This document shows positions 46,525 to 56,461 of a stretch of DNA of 64,000 nucleotides, one piece after another (the stretch's first letter is position 1; each line of letters starts with the position of its first letter). The position numbers and the translations under genes were made by a program. Source of the DNA: an uncultured Clostridia bacterium. GTDB lineage: Bacteria > Bacillota > Clostridia > Oscillospirales > Acutalibacteraceae. Location: positions 4,479 to 68,478 of the forward strand of contig CANPXF010000010.1 of the NCBI GenBank assembly GCA_947585745.1, written 5' to 3'. The notes beneath the pieces were generated by a model. It saw nothing but the letters and a program-made list of their open reading frames with translations. It was not told where the DNA came from and ran no database searches.

Positions 46525-47298
46525 ATGAAAAAAGAAAAACGAATAAAGCTTATTGCAGTGCTGATAATACTTATACTTCTTATTATTCTCGGTATTTTAG
46601 GCTATTTTATATATACAATTTATATTGATAATATCGCGGAGAATAATTATAAAAATCTCAGCTCATCGGTAGTTTCAACTACAGAAACTGAAGAGAATAA
46701 AATTCCTAAAAATCCGATTGATTTTAAAGCGTTAAAGAAAATTAACTCCGAAATTTTCGCGTGGATTAATATTCCCGGCACGAATGTTGATTACCCGATT
46801 TTACAAAGCCAAAAGTCTGATGACTTTTATCTTCACAGAGATATCTACGGCGAATATAAATACTCGGGGGCGCTGTATATTGAATATTGCAACAGCAGTG
46901 AGATGACTGACAGAGTTACCGTAGTTTACGGTCATAATATGCAAAACGGCTCGATGTTTGCTAATCTTCATAAATTTGAGGATTTATCATTTTTTAAAAA
47001 GCACAGATATTTCTATGTGTATACTCCTGACAGAAAATTGACGTACGAGGTTGTATCTGCGCATAATTACGATAATAAGCATATTATGAATTCATATAAT
47101 TTCGCGGAGGACAAGGTGTTTAAAAATTACCTTGATTTTATACAAAATCCTCATTCTGTTGTTAAAAATGTTAGGAAAAAGCTAAATCATAAGTTAACTG
47201 TTGACGATAGAATATTAACATTAAGCACCTGCTTAAATATAGGTGACGGAAGGTATCTTTTACAGGGGGTATTGGTAAAGGATGAATTTACAAGGTAG
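46525..47298 (+). CDS. srtB: Class B sortase
   Basis: N-terminal TM, WINIPGTNVDYPILQ, VVYGHNM, catalytic LTLSTC. Confidence 0.85.
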   Translation: MKKEKRIKLIAVLIILILLIILGILGYFIYTIYIDNIAENNYKNLSSSVVSTTETEENKIPKNPIDFKALKKINSEIFAWINIPGTNVDYPILQSQKSDDFYLHRDIYGEYKYSGALYIEYCNSSEMTDRVTVVYGHNMQNGSMFANLHKFEDLSFFKKHRYFYVYTPDRKLTYEVVSAHNYDNKHIMNSYNFAEDKVFKNYLDFIQNPHSVVKNVRKKLNHKLTVDDRILTLSTCLNIGDGRYLLQGVLVKDEFTR

Positions 47299-48658
47299 TG
47301 GGAGTAATCATAATCGAAAACCAAAGCTGAACGACGATGATTCAATTTTTATGAATTTTCAGGACGGCGACGAGTATGAGAGAATAACGGGACAAAAGCC
47401 TTCGGTTTCAAACACAGCATGCTTTGATTCCGAAGAAGAAAGAGCCGCAAAGCTGAAAGAGGCAAAGGAAAAGGAAAATTCAAGAGCATATGATGAGCTT
47501 GACGATTTCGTTTACAGACAGGTCAGAAGACGTCATTATTCAAAAAAGCATCGCCACAGACATAGAAGTCATTCGAGTCATTCTTCAGAACACGGAACTT
47601 TAGTAAAAAAGAAAAAACGCAAGCGTCACAGAAGAAAACGTTTTAAACGCTGGCAAAAAGTATGTATCATAATAATTTCTTCTATTTTGGCGCTAATAAT
47701 CGCCTCGATTGTTACTCTGATTATATTGATAATTATGGGAAAATCCGCTATGCTCGATAACAGCGGATTGAACATAAATGTTCCCGATAATGCTGTAACA
47801 GGTGACAATGGCAATACAATTATATATAAGGGAGAAAAGTACAGATACAACGAAAATATTACAAGTATTCTTTGTATGGGTATTGATAAGGATGAGTTCA
47901 GCGACGTCGACGGAGAAATAGGAACGGGCGGAAACGCCGATTCGATTTTTGTTATAACTTTAGACCTTCACGACGGCACAACAAAGCTTATTAATATATC
48001 CCGTGATACAATGACCGATATAGGCATTTATTCGCCGAGCGGAAAATATGTCGGGCAGAAAAACGCGCAGATAGCTCTTGCGTACGCTTATGGCGACGGT
48101 CGTGATACAAGCTGTCACAATGAGCTTGTATCCGTCAGAGAACTTTTATACAATGTTCCGATTAATTCCTATCTTTCGCTTGATATGAATGGAATTGTCG
48201 CAATAAATGATGCCATAGGCGGAGTTACTGTTGTTTCCCCCGAAACAATCGGGGATTTTAAGCAGGGAAAGTCATATACTCTTATGGGGGATTTAGCGCA
48301 ATCCTTTGTGAGAAAAAGAAGTCACGCGACCGTTGAGGGCAACAGCCTTCGTATGCAAAGACAGAAAGTGTATCTTGAGGGTTTTGCATCCTCGCTTGTT
48401 TCCAAAACCAAATATGACTTGACGGCTCCGATAACGATTTTCAATACTGCGTCGCCCTATGTCTGCACGAATATAGACGCGTCAAAGGTAGCGTTTTTAT
48501 CAATCAATGCAATTCAGGGCAACTACAAGGCGTTTGAAATTGAAAATGTCCCGGGCAAGGTAAAACAGGGCGAAAAATACGCGGAGTTTTATGTGGATGA
48601 AAATAAATTTTTTGAAATGTTCCTTGATATTTACTATATAAAAATAGGAAAAGCTTAA
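47282..48658 (+). CDS. LytR-CpsA-Psr (LCP) family protein with highly basic cytoplasmic tail
   Basis: Overlaps srtB by 17 nt. One TM. LCP core ILCMGIDKD...GNADSIFVITLD...ISRDTM. Confidence 0.85.
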   Translation: MNLQGSGSNHNRKPKLNDDDSIFMNFQDGDEYERITGQKPSVSNTACFDSEEERAAKLKEAKEKENSRAYDELDDFVYRQVRRRHYSKKHRHRHRSHSSHSSEHGTLVKKKKRKRHRRKRFKRWQKVCIIIISSILALIIASIVTLIILIIMGKSAMLDNSGLNINVPDNAVTGDNGNTIIYKGEKYRYNENITSILCMGIDKDEFSDVDGEIGTGGNADSIFVITLDLHDGTTKLINISRDTMTDIGIYSPSGKYVGQKNAQIALAYAYGDGRDTSCHNELVSVRELLYNVPINSYLSLDMNGIVAINDAIGGVTVVSPETIGDFKQGKSYTLMGDLAQSFVRKRSHATVEGNSLRMQRQKVYLEGFASSLVSKTKYDLTAPITIFNTASPYVCTNIDASKVAFLSINAIQGNYKAFEIENVPGKVKQGEKYAEFYVDENKFFEMFLDIYYIKIGKA

Positions 48659-48778
48659 AACTTTAAATCAACGTCGGTAAGAATGTGTCTTGCCGATGTT
48701 TTTTAGTATTTATAATATGATTTAGGAATAAGAGAAAAATTATTTGAGCATAATACTACAAGAAAGCGAGGCAGTATT

Positions 48779-49447
48779 ATGTTTAAACACGAAAAACAAC
48801 TTTTTCATCCCGTATCAGTTGAACGCCCAAATCCTCAGTACGCGGCGCTTCTTCAGGAACAGCTCGGCGGCGCTAACGGTGAGTTAAAAGCCGCACTCCA
48901 GTATATGTCGCAAAGCTTTAGAATTAAAGACCAGGAAATTAAAGACCTGTTTCTTGACATTGCGGCAGAGGAGTTAGGTCATATGGAGATGGTTGCGACA
49001 ACAATAAATATGCTTAACGGCCACGATGTTGACGCTGTAGCCGTCCCCGCTGGCGAAATACAATCCCACGTCCTATTAGGTTTAAATCCGGGGCTTATTA
49101 ATGCGTCGGGATATTCGTGGACAGGCGACTATGTAAGCGTAACGGGCGATTTGTGCGCGGATTTACTTTCAAATATTGCGTCAGAACAGAGAGCAAAGGT
49201 AGTTTACGAATATCTTTACAGACAGATTGATGACAAGAAGGTTAAAGAAACAATAGATTTTCTGTTAAACAGAGAAGAAGCGCACAACCAGATGTTCAGA
49301 GACGCATTTAACAAGGTGCAGAACAGCGGTTCAAATCAGGATTTCGGCACTACAAAAGCCGCGAAGATGTATTTCAGTATGTCCGAACCGTCGCCTGCCG
49401 ACAGTCCATTCACTAATACAGATGTAAAACCGCCTTCATTTAATTAG
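48779..49447 (+). CDS. Manganese catalase family protein
   Basis: LLQEQLGGANGELKAALQYMSQSF...FLDIAAEELGHMEMVATTI are di-Mn ligand helices. Confidence 0.85.
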   Translation: MFKHEKQLFHPVSVERPNPQYAALLQEQLGGANGELKAALQYMSQSFRIKDQEIKDLFLDIAAEELGHMEMVATTINMLNGHDVDAVAVPAGEIQSHVLLGLNPGLINASGYSWTGDYVSVTGDLCADLLSNIASEQRAKVVYEYLYRQIDDKKVKETIDFLLNREEAHNQMFRDAFNKVQNSGSNQDFGTTKAAKMYFSMSEPSPADSPFTNTDVKPPSFN

Positions 49448-49457
49448 TATATAATTA

Positions 49458-49497
49458 AAACCGTATCAGATTAATTGACGAAAATCTGATACGGTTT
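49458..49497. terminator. Bidirectional terminator
   Basis: aaaccgtatcagatt / aatctgatacggttt, a perfect 15-bp stem. Confidence 0.6.
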
Positions 49498-49569
49498 GTT
49501 TTAGTTATAAAAGATTGATAATGAATACAATTAAATGAAATGATAGACTGTTTATCATTTTTATAAAAT

Positions 49570-50319
49570 TTATTGATAATCGGCTACGTTAGCCCATCTC
49601 ATAAGCAGTTCCTGTTCCTCGGGAATTTTCTTTACAGATTGTGAAGCCGCAACTATCGGCATCCAGTTTTGCACAAGCTGTTTTGCGGTATCTGTTTTTC
49701 TGCAATATGTGTTAAGATACTTTTCCGCCAAATCTTCCTTGCCTTTAAGAGTAAGCATAAGGTATGTTCTTGCCGCGTCAGCCGCTCCGTTACCCTGTGT
49801 GACGTGCGCCCAGTCGATGATATAAGCGTCACCTACAGGGGTGATAATAACGTTGCTCGGAACAAAATCGCCGTGGCAAACCTTGTTATGCTTTTTCATA
49901 CTGTTTACTCTGGTATGGAGTTCGTAGCGGGTAGTAGCGTCAAGCTCTGTATCGCTGATTTTCCTCTGCATTTTGTCGCGTAAATCGGTCAAAAGGGGAG
50001 AGCGCTTTGAAAGAATCTCAATCTGAATATCAACGAATTTCTCGATAAACTCATCAACCTTGTCAGGGTTTTCGTCTATAAGCTCTCCGAGAGTTTTACC
50101 CTCAATAAAATCGCTGACAATCGCCCATTTTCCGTCTATTTTGGTAACCTCGTGAATTTTAGGAATATTAAGACCTATTTCCTCAACTCTTGCCTGATTA
50201 AGAGCCTCGTTTAAAACGGAGGCTTTTGAAAAGTTTTCGTCAAAAACCTTGATGGATTTGTCGCCGTCGCGGTAGATTTTTTTGCCTTTTGTTTCGTAAA
50301 TAATGTTATCAAGTTTCAT
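49570..50319 (-). CDS. Phosphotransferase (APH/choline-kinase-like) family protein
   Basis: VCHGDFVPSNVII...AYIIDWAH Brenner/APH motif. The ATG at 50319 (MKLDNIIY) is preferred. Confidence 0.7.
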   Translation of the reverse strand: MKLDNIIYETKGKKIYRDGDKSIKVFDENFSKASVLNEALNQARVEEIGLNIPKIHEVTKIDGKWAIVSDFIEGKTLGELIDENPDKVDEFIEKFVDIQIEILSKRSPLLTDLRDKMQRKISDTELDATTRYELHTRVNSMKKHNKVCHGDFVPSNVIITPVGDAYIIDWAHVTQGNGAADAARTYLMLTLKGKEDLAEKYLNTYCRKTDTAKQLVQNWMPIVAASQSVKKIPEEQELLMRWANVADYQ

Positions 50320-50439
50320 TGTGAATTCCAAAGCCTTTCCGCCCACAAATAGAGTTATAATACCCACAGCCTTATCGTGGGCAGATAAGGAGCGCGTAAA
50401 AAGTGTTTTATGATTATAATTTAATCTAATTTTATTGGT

Positions 50440-53061
50440 TTAATTTTCCTTATAATCCTTACCGTAGTAAGCTTTGAGATACATCTCTTTTATCTCGCTC
50501 ATAAGCGGGTATCTCGGGTTAGCGCCTGTGCACTGGTCGTCAAACGCCTGCTCTGTCATATTATCAAGAGTATCAAGGAAGTATTTCTCATCGACGCCGT
50601 AATCGCGTATAGTTTCTTTAATTCCGATTCTCGATTTTAAATCATTAATCGCTTTAATTAAGTTTTCTACGCTTTCGTCGTCGTTCTTTCCCTCAATTCC
50701 GAGATATTTTGAAATTTCAGCATAACGAGCCTTTGTATGAGGATATGAGTATTGCGGAAATGTTCCCATTTTTGAAGGTGTTTCAGATGAGTTAAAGCGA
50801 ATTACATACTCGAGCATAAGAGCGTTCGCGACACCGTGGGGAATATGGTGGAAAGCGCCTAACTTATGCGCCATAGAATGGCACACACCGAGAAACGCAT
50901 TCGCAAATGCCATACCTGCCATTGTCGCGGCGTGGGCAACCTTTTCGCGGGCATACGGCTCGTTTTGACCGTTATCATAGCAAGCGGGTAAATATTCAAA
51001 AATTATTTTAAGCGCCTTTAACGCAAGACCGTCAGTAAAATCTGTCGCCAGCATAGCTGCATATGCCTCTAACGCGTGTGATACAGCGTCAATACCCGAA
51101 GCGGCGGTAAGTCCCTTAGGACCGCTCATCATAAGGTCTGCGTCAACAATTGCCATATCAGGCATAAGCTCATAGTCTGCGAGAGGATATTTCGTACCGT
51201 CGTTTTCGTCCGTGATAACAGCGAACGGAGTAACCTCCGAGCCTGTACCCGAAGATGTGGGAACGGCAATAAACATCGCCTTTTCGCCCATTTTCGGGAA
51301 CTTGTAAACTCTCTTTCTTATATCGCTGAATCTCATTGCCATATCAGCAAAGTCAGCCTCGGGATGTTCATAAAGAACCCACATTATTTTACCCGCATCC
51401 ATAGCCGAACCGCCTCCGAGAGCGATTATTACATCGGGCTGAAATGCAGTCATAGCCGCCGCGCCTTCCTTAGCGGAAGCGAGAGTCGGGTCAGGCTGAA
51501 CGTCAAAGAAAGTCGTGTGGGTAATACCCATCTTATCAAGCTCATCCTTGATACACTTGGTGTAACCGTTGTTGTATAAAAATTCATCTGTAACGATAAA
51601 CGCCTTTTTCTTTCCTAAATCATCTTTAAGCTCTTTAAGAGCGACGGGAAGACAGCCTTTTTTAATATAAACCTTTTCGGGAGCCCTGAACCAAAGCATA
51701 TTTTCTCTCCTCTCGGCAACTGTTTTAATGTTAAGCAGATGTTTACAACCCACGTTTTCGCTGACGGAATTTCCGCCCCACGAACCGCATCCGAGAGTAA
51801 GCGACGGATTGAGGTCAAAGTTGTAAAGGTCGCCGATACCGCCGTGTGAAGACGGGGTATTTACAAGAATACGGCAGGTTTTCATTCTCTTAGAAAACTC
51901 ATCGAGTTTTTCTTTTTCCGTAATCGAATTCAAATAAATTGATGACGTGTGTCCGAAACCGCCGTCGGCAATAAGCTGTTCTGCTTTTTTCAAAGCGTCC
52001 TCGAAGTTTTCCGATTTATACATAGCGAGTACGGGCGAGAGCTTTTCGTGCGCGAATTCTTCGCTGATGTTGACACTGCTCACTTCTCCGATTAGAATTT
52101 TTGTATTCTTGGGAACATCAACTCCCGCAAGCTTTGCTATAGTATAAGCGGACTGACCGACAATTTTAGCGTTGAGCGCGCCGTTAATGATGATTGTTTT
52201 TCTGACCTTGTCGATTTCATCTTCAGAAAGAATGTGACAGCCTCTTTCCTTAAATTCCTTTTTAACCTTTGAGTAAATGCTTTTGTCAACAATAACGCTC
52301 TGTTCAGACGCGCAAATCATACCGTTGTCAAAGGTTTTGGAATGAATAACGGAGTTGACCGCCACGAGTACGTCGGCTGACGAGTCAATAATTGCGGGAG
52401 TATTTCCCGCTCCTACTCCTAAAGCGGGTTTACCTGATGAATAAGCCGCCTTAACCATTCCGGGACCGCCGGTTGCAAGAATTGTATCAGCCTCAGCCAT
52501 AACAAGATTTGTCATTTCGAGCGAGGGAACGTCAATCCAGGATATAATATCCTCGGGGGCGCCTGCTTTTACGGCCGCCTCCAATACTATTTTTGCCGCT
52601 TCAATCGTACTTTTTTTAGCGCGCGGGTGAGGGGAGATGATGATGCCGTTTCTTGTTTTAAGCGCTATTAAACATTTAAAGATAGCGGTAGATGTGGGAT
52701 TGGTAGTAGGGATAACAGCGGCTATAACGCCGATAGGCTCCGCAATTCTTTTTGTGCCCATAGAAGCGTTTTCTTCAATAACTCCGCAGGTTTTAGCGTC
52801 TTTATATTTGTTGTAAATGTATTCGGAAGCGTAGTGGTTTTTTATAACCTTATCTTCTACAATTCCCATTCCTGTTTCTTCAACAGCCAATTTTGCAAGC
52901 GGTATTCTCTGCTTGTTAGCGGCAGTAGCCGCCGCGAGAAAAATTTTGTCAACCTGTTCCTGTGTGTAGGATGCATACTCCGCCTGTGCCTTCTTCACTC
53001 TTTTGAGAGCCTTTTCAAGCGAGGGAACGCTGTCAACAACAGCGTACTTTTTGGTACTCAT
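50440..53061 (-). CDS. adhE: Bifunctional acetaldehyde-CoA/alcohol dehydrogenase
   Basis: N-terminal ALDH half and C-terminal Fe-ADH half (GGGSAMDAGK, HSMAHKLG). ATG at 53061 is behind GGAGG. Confidence 0.95.
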   Translation of the reverse strand: MSTKKYAVVDSVPSLEKALKRVKKAQAEYASYTQEQVDKIFLAAATAANKQRIPLAKLAVEETGMGIVEDKVIKNHYASEYIYNKYKDAKTCGVIEENASMGTKRIAEPIGVIAAVIPTTNPTSTAIFKCLIALKTRNGIIISPHPRAKKSTIEAAKIVLEAAVKAGAPEDIISWIDVPSLEMTNLVMAEADTILATGGPGMVKAAYSSGKPALGVGAGNTPAIIDSSADVLVAVNSVIHSKTFDNGMICASEQSVIVDKSIYSKVKKEFKERGCHILSEDEIDKVRKTIIINGALNAKIVGQSAYTIAKLAGVDVPKNTKILIGEVSSVNISEEFAHEKLSPVLAMYKSENFEDALKKAEQLIADGGFGHTSSIYLNSITEKEKLDEFSKRMKTCRILVNTPSSHGGIGDLYNFDLNPSLTLGCGSWGGNSVSENVGCKHLLNIKTVAERRENMLWFRAPEKVYIKKGCLPVALKELKDDLGKKKAFIVTDEFLYNNGYTKCIKDELDKMGITHTTFFDVQPDPTLASAKEGAAAMTAFQPDVIIALGGGSAMDAGKIMWVLYEHPEADFADMAMRFSDIRKRVYKFPKMGEKAMFIAVPTSSGTGSEVTPFAVITDENDGTKYPLADYELMPDMAIVDADLMMSGPKGLTAASGIDAVSHALEAYAAMLATDFTDGLALKALKIIFEYLPACYDNGQNEPYAREKVAHAATMAGMAFANAFLGVCHSMAHKLGAFHHIPHGVANALMLEYVIRFNSSETPSKMGTFPQYSYPHTKARYAEISKYLGIEGKNDDESVENLIKAINDLKSRIGIKETIRDYGVDEKYFLDTLDNMTEQAFDDQCTGANPRYPLMSEIKEMYLKAYYGKDYKEN

Positions 53062-53112
53062 AGATTTGACCTCCATAAAATTAAATATTACAATTCATAT
53101 TTTGAATAATGC

Positions 53113-53802
53113 TTACTTATTTGAAAATTCGATTCCCTTTGATTTTGCGAAAGCTTGCGCCTTGGAATTTTTCGGCGCGGTAATTTTTACTTCCGTGCTT
53201 GTGTTAAACGCGGTATTCGCAATTTCGGTATTTTTACCGTTTATAATTACCTCTTCAAGAAAGCGACATTCGGCAAATGCGTATTCGTCAATTTTTTTCG
53301 TTGACTTTGGTATTTCAATTTTTTTCAAACCGCTTGCGTCAAAGCTGTACATTCCGATTGTTTTAAGATTTTTAGGAAGCTTTATTTCTTTAAGATTCGA
53401 GCATCCCGAAAAAGCATTCGTTCCGATGATTGTAACGCTGTCGGGAATTGTTATTTTTTCAAGCGTTGTGCTGAAAGCAAAAGCGTAATCGTCAATTTTT
53501 TCAACTCCATCGGGGATTGTTACACTTTTGACTTTTGACATCTTAAACGAGCTTCTGCCGACTTCCTTTACTTTTTTGCCCTTGTATTCAGAGGGGATTT
53601 CAATATTTTTCTTACCGTCTTTAAAATCGGAAATGACAAGTGTTTTATCGCCTTGCTCGTTGTATCCTATTCCGTTTTTATCCGTGTACTGCGCCTGCGT
53701 GGCTGTGGGAAGTGAAGCTGTTTTTGTTTCACCCGAACAACCCGCCAAAGGGCAGACTGCGATTAAAGCGATTAAAATCAGGGTAAAAGTTAATTTTTTC
53801 AT
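53113..53802 (-). CDS. Leucine-rich repeat (BspA-type) lipoprotein
   Basis: Lipobox PLAGC|S. Repeats: IPDGVEKIDDYAFAFS..LEKITIPDSVTIIGTNAFSGCSNLKEIKLP. Confidence 0.75.
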   Translation of the reverse strand: MKKLTFTLILIALIAVCPLAGCSGETKTASLPTATQAQYTDKNGIGYNEQGDKTLVISDFKDGKKNIEIPSEYKGKKVKEVGRSSFKMSKVKSVTIPDGVEKIDDYAFAFSTTLEKITIPDSVTIIGTNAFSGCSNLKEIKLPKNLKTIGMYSFDASGLKKIEIPKSTKKIDEYAFAECRFLEEVIINGKNTEIANTAFNTSTEVKITAPKNSKAQAFAKSKGIEFSNK

Positions 53803-54068
53803 TTTTTACATCCTTCCATAGTATATGGTAGCACATTGTTAAAAGTTTGTCAATCTTTTTTGTTAAATAATTAACAACATTTAAACCGTATTTATTTAAT
53901 GTTTATTATATAGAAAATACGTTGTTTTATAATTGTATAAAGGAATATTATATAAATCAGAATACAGATAATATGCTGTATATGGAATATGAAATATTCT
54001 AGAATAATTTTAAATAAAAAATAAAACTCCAAGCAAAAAACCGCCCGTTAAACGAGCGATTTTTTATT

Positions 54069-54578
54069 CTAAATAAGAAAAATACTGAAAACTCCGAGAA
54101 TAATCGAGAATAATGCCCCGAAAACAACATCGCTTATGTAATGAACGCCCGCAAGAACCCTTGATACGCAAATAAGCGTTCCCAAAACAGTTAACGTAAT
54201 TCCGAGCGCTGTATTTAACGGAAAGCAAACTGTCGCTATTATAAAAACGCTTGCCGAATGACGGCTGGGAAAGCTTTTTCCGACTGTGTTTTTTTTAATA
54301 AGCGGATTAATTTTAAGCGCTTCGTACGGACGAGGTCTGTTGATTATGCGTCTTAAAATTGTAACGCTTAAAAAAGCTGTCGCGGGTACTGTGAGTGTTC
54401 TTATAAACGCTTCGGGTTTTGAGTTGTTTATCATATCCGTGAATGTCAGAATAAGCATAATCGGATAAATTACATAAACGGGATAGGGGAGATATTTATA
54501 TATAATTCTTAAAAGGAAATATAATCTTTTGTGTTTTCTAAAAAATATCTCAATTTTTCTGTATTTTTCTTCTGTCAT
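54069..54578 (-). CDS. PAP2 family phosphatase
   Basis: KSFPSRHSAS and SRVLAGVHYISDV motifs; polytopic. Confidence 0.8.
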   Translation of the reverse strand: MTEEKYRKIEIFFRKHKRLYFLLRIIYKYLPYPVYVIYPIMLILTFTDMINNSKPEAFIRTLTVPATAFLSVTILRRIINRPRPYEALKINPLIKKNTVGKSFPSRHSASVFIIATVCFPLNTALGITLTVLGTLICVSRVLAGVHYISDVVFGALFSIILGVFSIFLI

Positions 54579-54614
54579 AAAATCACCGTGGTAATTTTAT
54601 CACACTTATTTTAA

Positions 54615-56447
54615 TTATTCAATATCAACTTTATATTTATCAAACCAGTAATCAAGCTCAATTATATACGCTAAAATTTGCGGAGCTTTCATAAGCTGAC
54701 CGTACCACGGCGAGCTTATGCCCTCGGGATTTTGGATAATATTATTGATTCCCTCAGCGCTTAAAAGCTCTGTAAGGGCTGTTTTCTTTTTTAAAATTTC
54801 CTCAACCTTATCCGAACAGATTTTCATATATACGGGGTTGTGTGTTTTAGGATAGGGGCTTTTTTTCCTCCATACTATATCATCGGGTAAAATACCTTCA
54901 AAAGCCTTTCGTACAATACCCTTTTCACGCCCGTTATAAGCTTTGATTTCCCACGGCATATTGTAAGCGTACTCAACTATTCTGTAGTCGCAGAAAGGAA
55001 CCCTCACCTCAAGTCCGTTATACATACTGCACCTGTCTTTTCTTTCGAGCAGGCATTGCATAAACCAGTAGTAGTTAAGCATAAACATTTCTCTCATTCT
55101 GCCCGTGACTTTAGAGTCTGTATTAAGCTTGTCGGTACCGTTTACGGTTTCAAGGTATTTTTCCCTGACATATTCCTCTCCCTTGGGCAGTACTCCGTCT
55201 TTTAGAATACTCCGCCTTATATCCTGCGACCTTGACCACGGAAAATTATCCTCAAAAAGAATATCGTGATTGTGATACCAGGGATAACCGCCGAAAAGCT
55301 CATCCGCGCATTCTCCCGAAAGCGCCACCGTGTAGTTCTTCTTTATTTCCCTGCAAAAAAGCAATAAAGACGAGTCGACGTCAACATAACCGGGCAAATC
55401 TCTCGCCTCAACGCTCGGATAAAGCGCCTCGGCCAAATCCGCGTTATCAAGTATAACTTCGTTGTGAAGAGTGTTTGCGCTTTCAATCATCATTTTAATA
55501 TATTCAACGTCCGAGCTCGGCTGAAAAAGACTTTTTTCAAAATATTTCATATTGTCCCTGTACTCAACGGAATAGGTGACGGCGTTATCCATACCGTTTT
55601 TCTTGTAAAAATTACTTGCGGTCTGAACGATAATACTGCTGTCAAGTCCGCCCGACAGGAAAAAGCATAGCGGAACATCACTCCTAAGCTGTTTTTCAAT
55701 CGCGTCGGTAAGCAAAAAACGCACCTTTTCAACTGTTTGCTCGGGAGAGTCCGTGTGTTCCTTTGCCTCCAATTTAAAGTATCTTGTCTTTTTTAATTTT
55801 CCGTCGCTATATGTTGCATACTCGCCAGGCAAAAGCTCATTGATATTTTTAAAAATTCCGTTGCCCGGAGTTCTCGCAGGTCCCAAAAAGAATATTTCAT
55901 AAAGTCCTTTTTCGTCTATGACGGGTTTAACCTTTCCGCTTTTTAAAATCGCTTTTATTTCCGAGCCGAAAACCAGTCCGTTTTTAAATTCGCTGTAAAA
56001 AAGCGGTTTAACTCCGACCTTATCTCTGCATAAAAATACTTTTTTGTTATACATTTCATAAACCGCAAACGCAAAAATTCCGTTCAGCTTTTTCGCGCAT
56101 TCAGCTCCGTATTCTATATACATTTTCAAAACAACTTCTGTGTCGCTGTGGCCTTTAAACTGATAACCCTTCGCTTTTAATTCATCTCTCAGCTCCTCTG
56201 TATTATATAATTCCCCGTTATATACGATAACGTACTTCTCTCCGTGAATACCGCAAATCATAGGCTGTTTTCCGTTTTCCTTGTCAATAACGACCAGCCT
56301 GCGGTGTATAAGGGCAATATTATGGTCAATAAAAATTCCGTTTTCGTCAGGACCTCTCTTCGTGAGCGTTTTAGACATTTCGGAGAGAACCTTGATATTC
56401 TCCGACAAATCCTCGTGTTTACTCAATAAACCTGCTATTCCACACAT
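54615..56447 (-). CDS. asnB: Asparagine synthase (glutamine-hydrolysing)
   Basis: MCGIAG N-terminal nucleophile (ATG at 56447 chosen so that Cys is residue 2) and the SGGLDSS PP-loop. Confidence 0.9.
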   Translation of the reverse strand: MCGIAGLLSKHEDLSENIKVLSEMSKTLTKRGPDENGIFIDHNIALIHRRLVVIDKENGKQPMICGIHGEKYVIVYNGELYNTEELRDELKAKGYQFKGHSDTEVVLKMYIEYGAECAKKLNGIFAFAVYEMYNKKVFLCRDKVGVKPLFYSEFKNGLVFGSEIKAILKSGKVKPVIDEKGLYEIFFLGPARTPGNGIFKNINELLPGEYATYSDGKLKKTRYFKLEAKEHTDSPEQTVEKVRFLLTDAIEKQLRSDVPLCFFLSGGLDSSIIVQTASNFYKKNGMDNAVTYSVEYRDNMKYFEKSLFQPSSDVEYIKMMIESANTLHNEVILDNADLAEALYPSVEARDLPGYVDVDSSLLLFCREIKKNYTVALSGECADELFGGYPWYHNHDILFEDNFPWSRSQDIRRSILKDGVLPKGEEYVREKYLETVNGTDKLNTDSKVTGRMREMFMLNYYWFMQCLLERKDRCSMYNGLEVRVPFCDYRIVEYAYNMPWEIKAYNGREKGIVRKAFEGILPDDIVWRKKSPYPKTHNPVYMKICSDKVEEILKKKTALTELLSAEGINNIIQNPEGISSPWYGQLMKAPQILAYIIELDYWFDKYKVDIE

Positions 56448-56461
56448 ATTATCCTCCAAAT

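Noticed and set aside
53003-53488. 161-aa plus-strand ORF overlapping the adhE start and the LRR lipoprotein gene
   Set aside because: Antisense to two well-supported genes and Phe/Ile/Ser-rich. No RBS and no motif.
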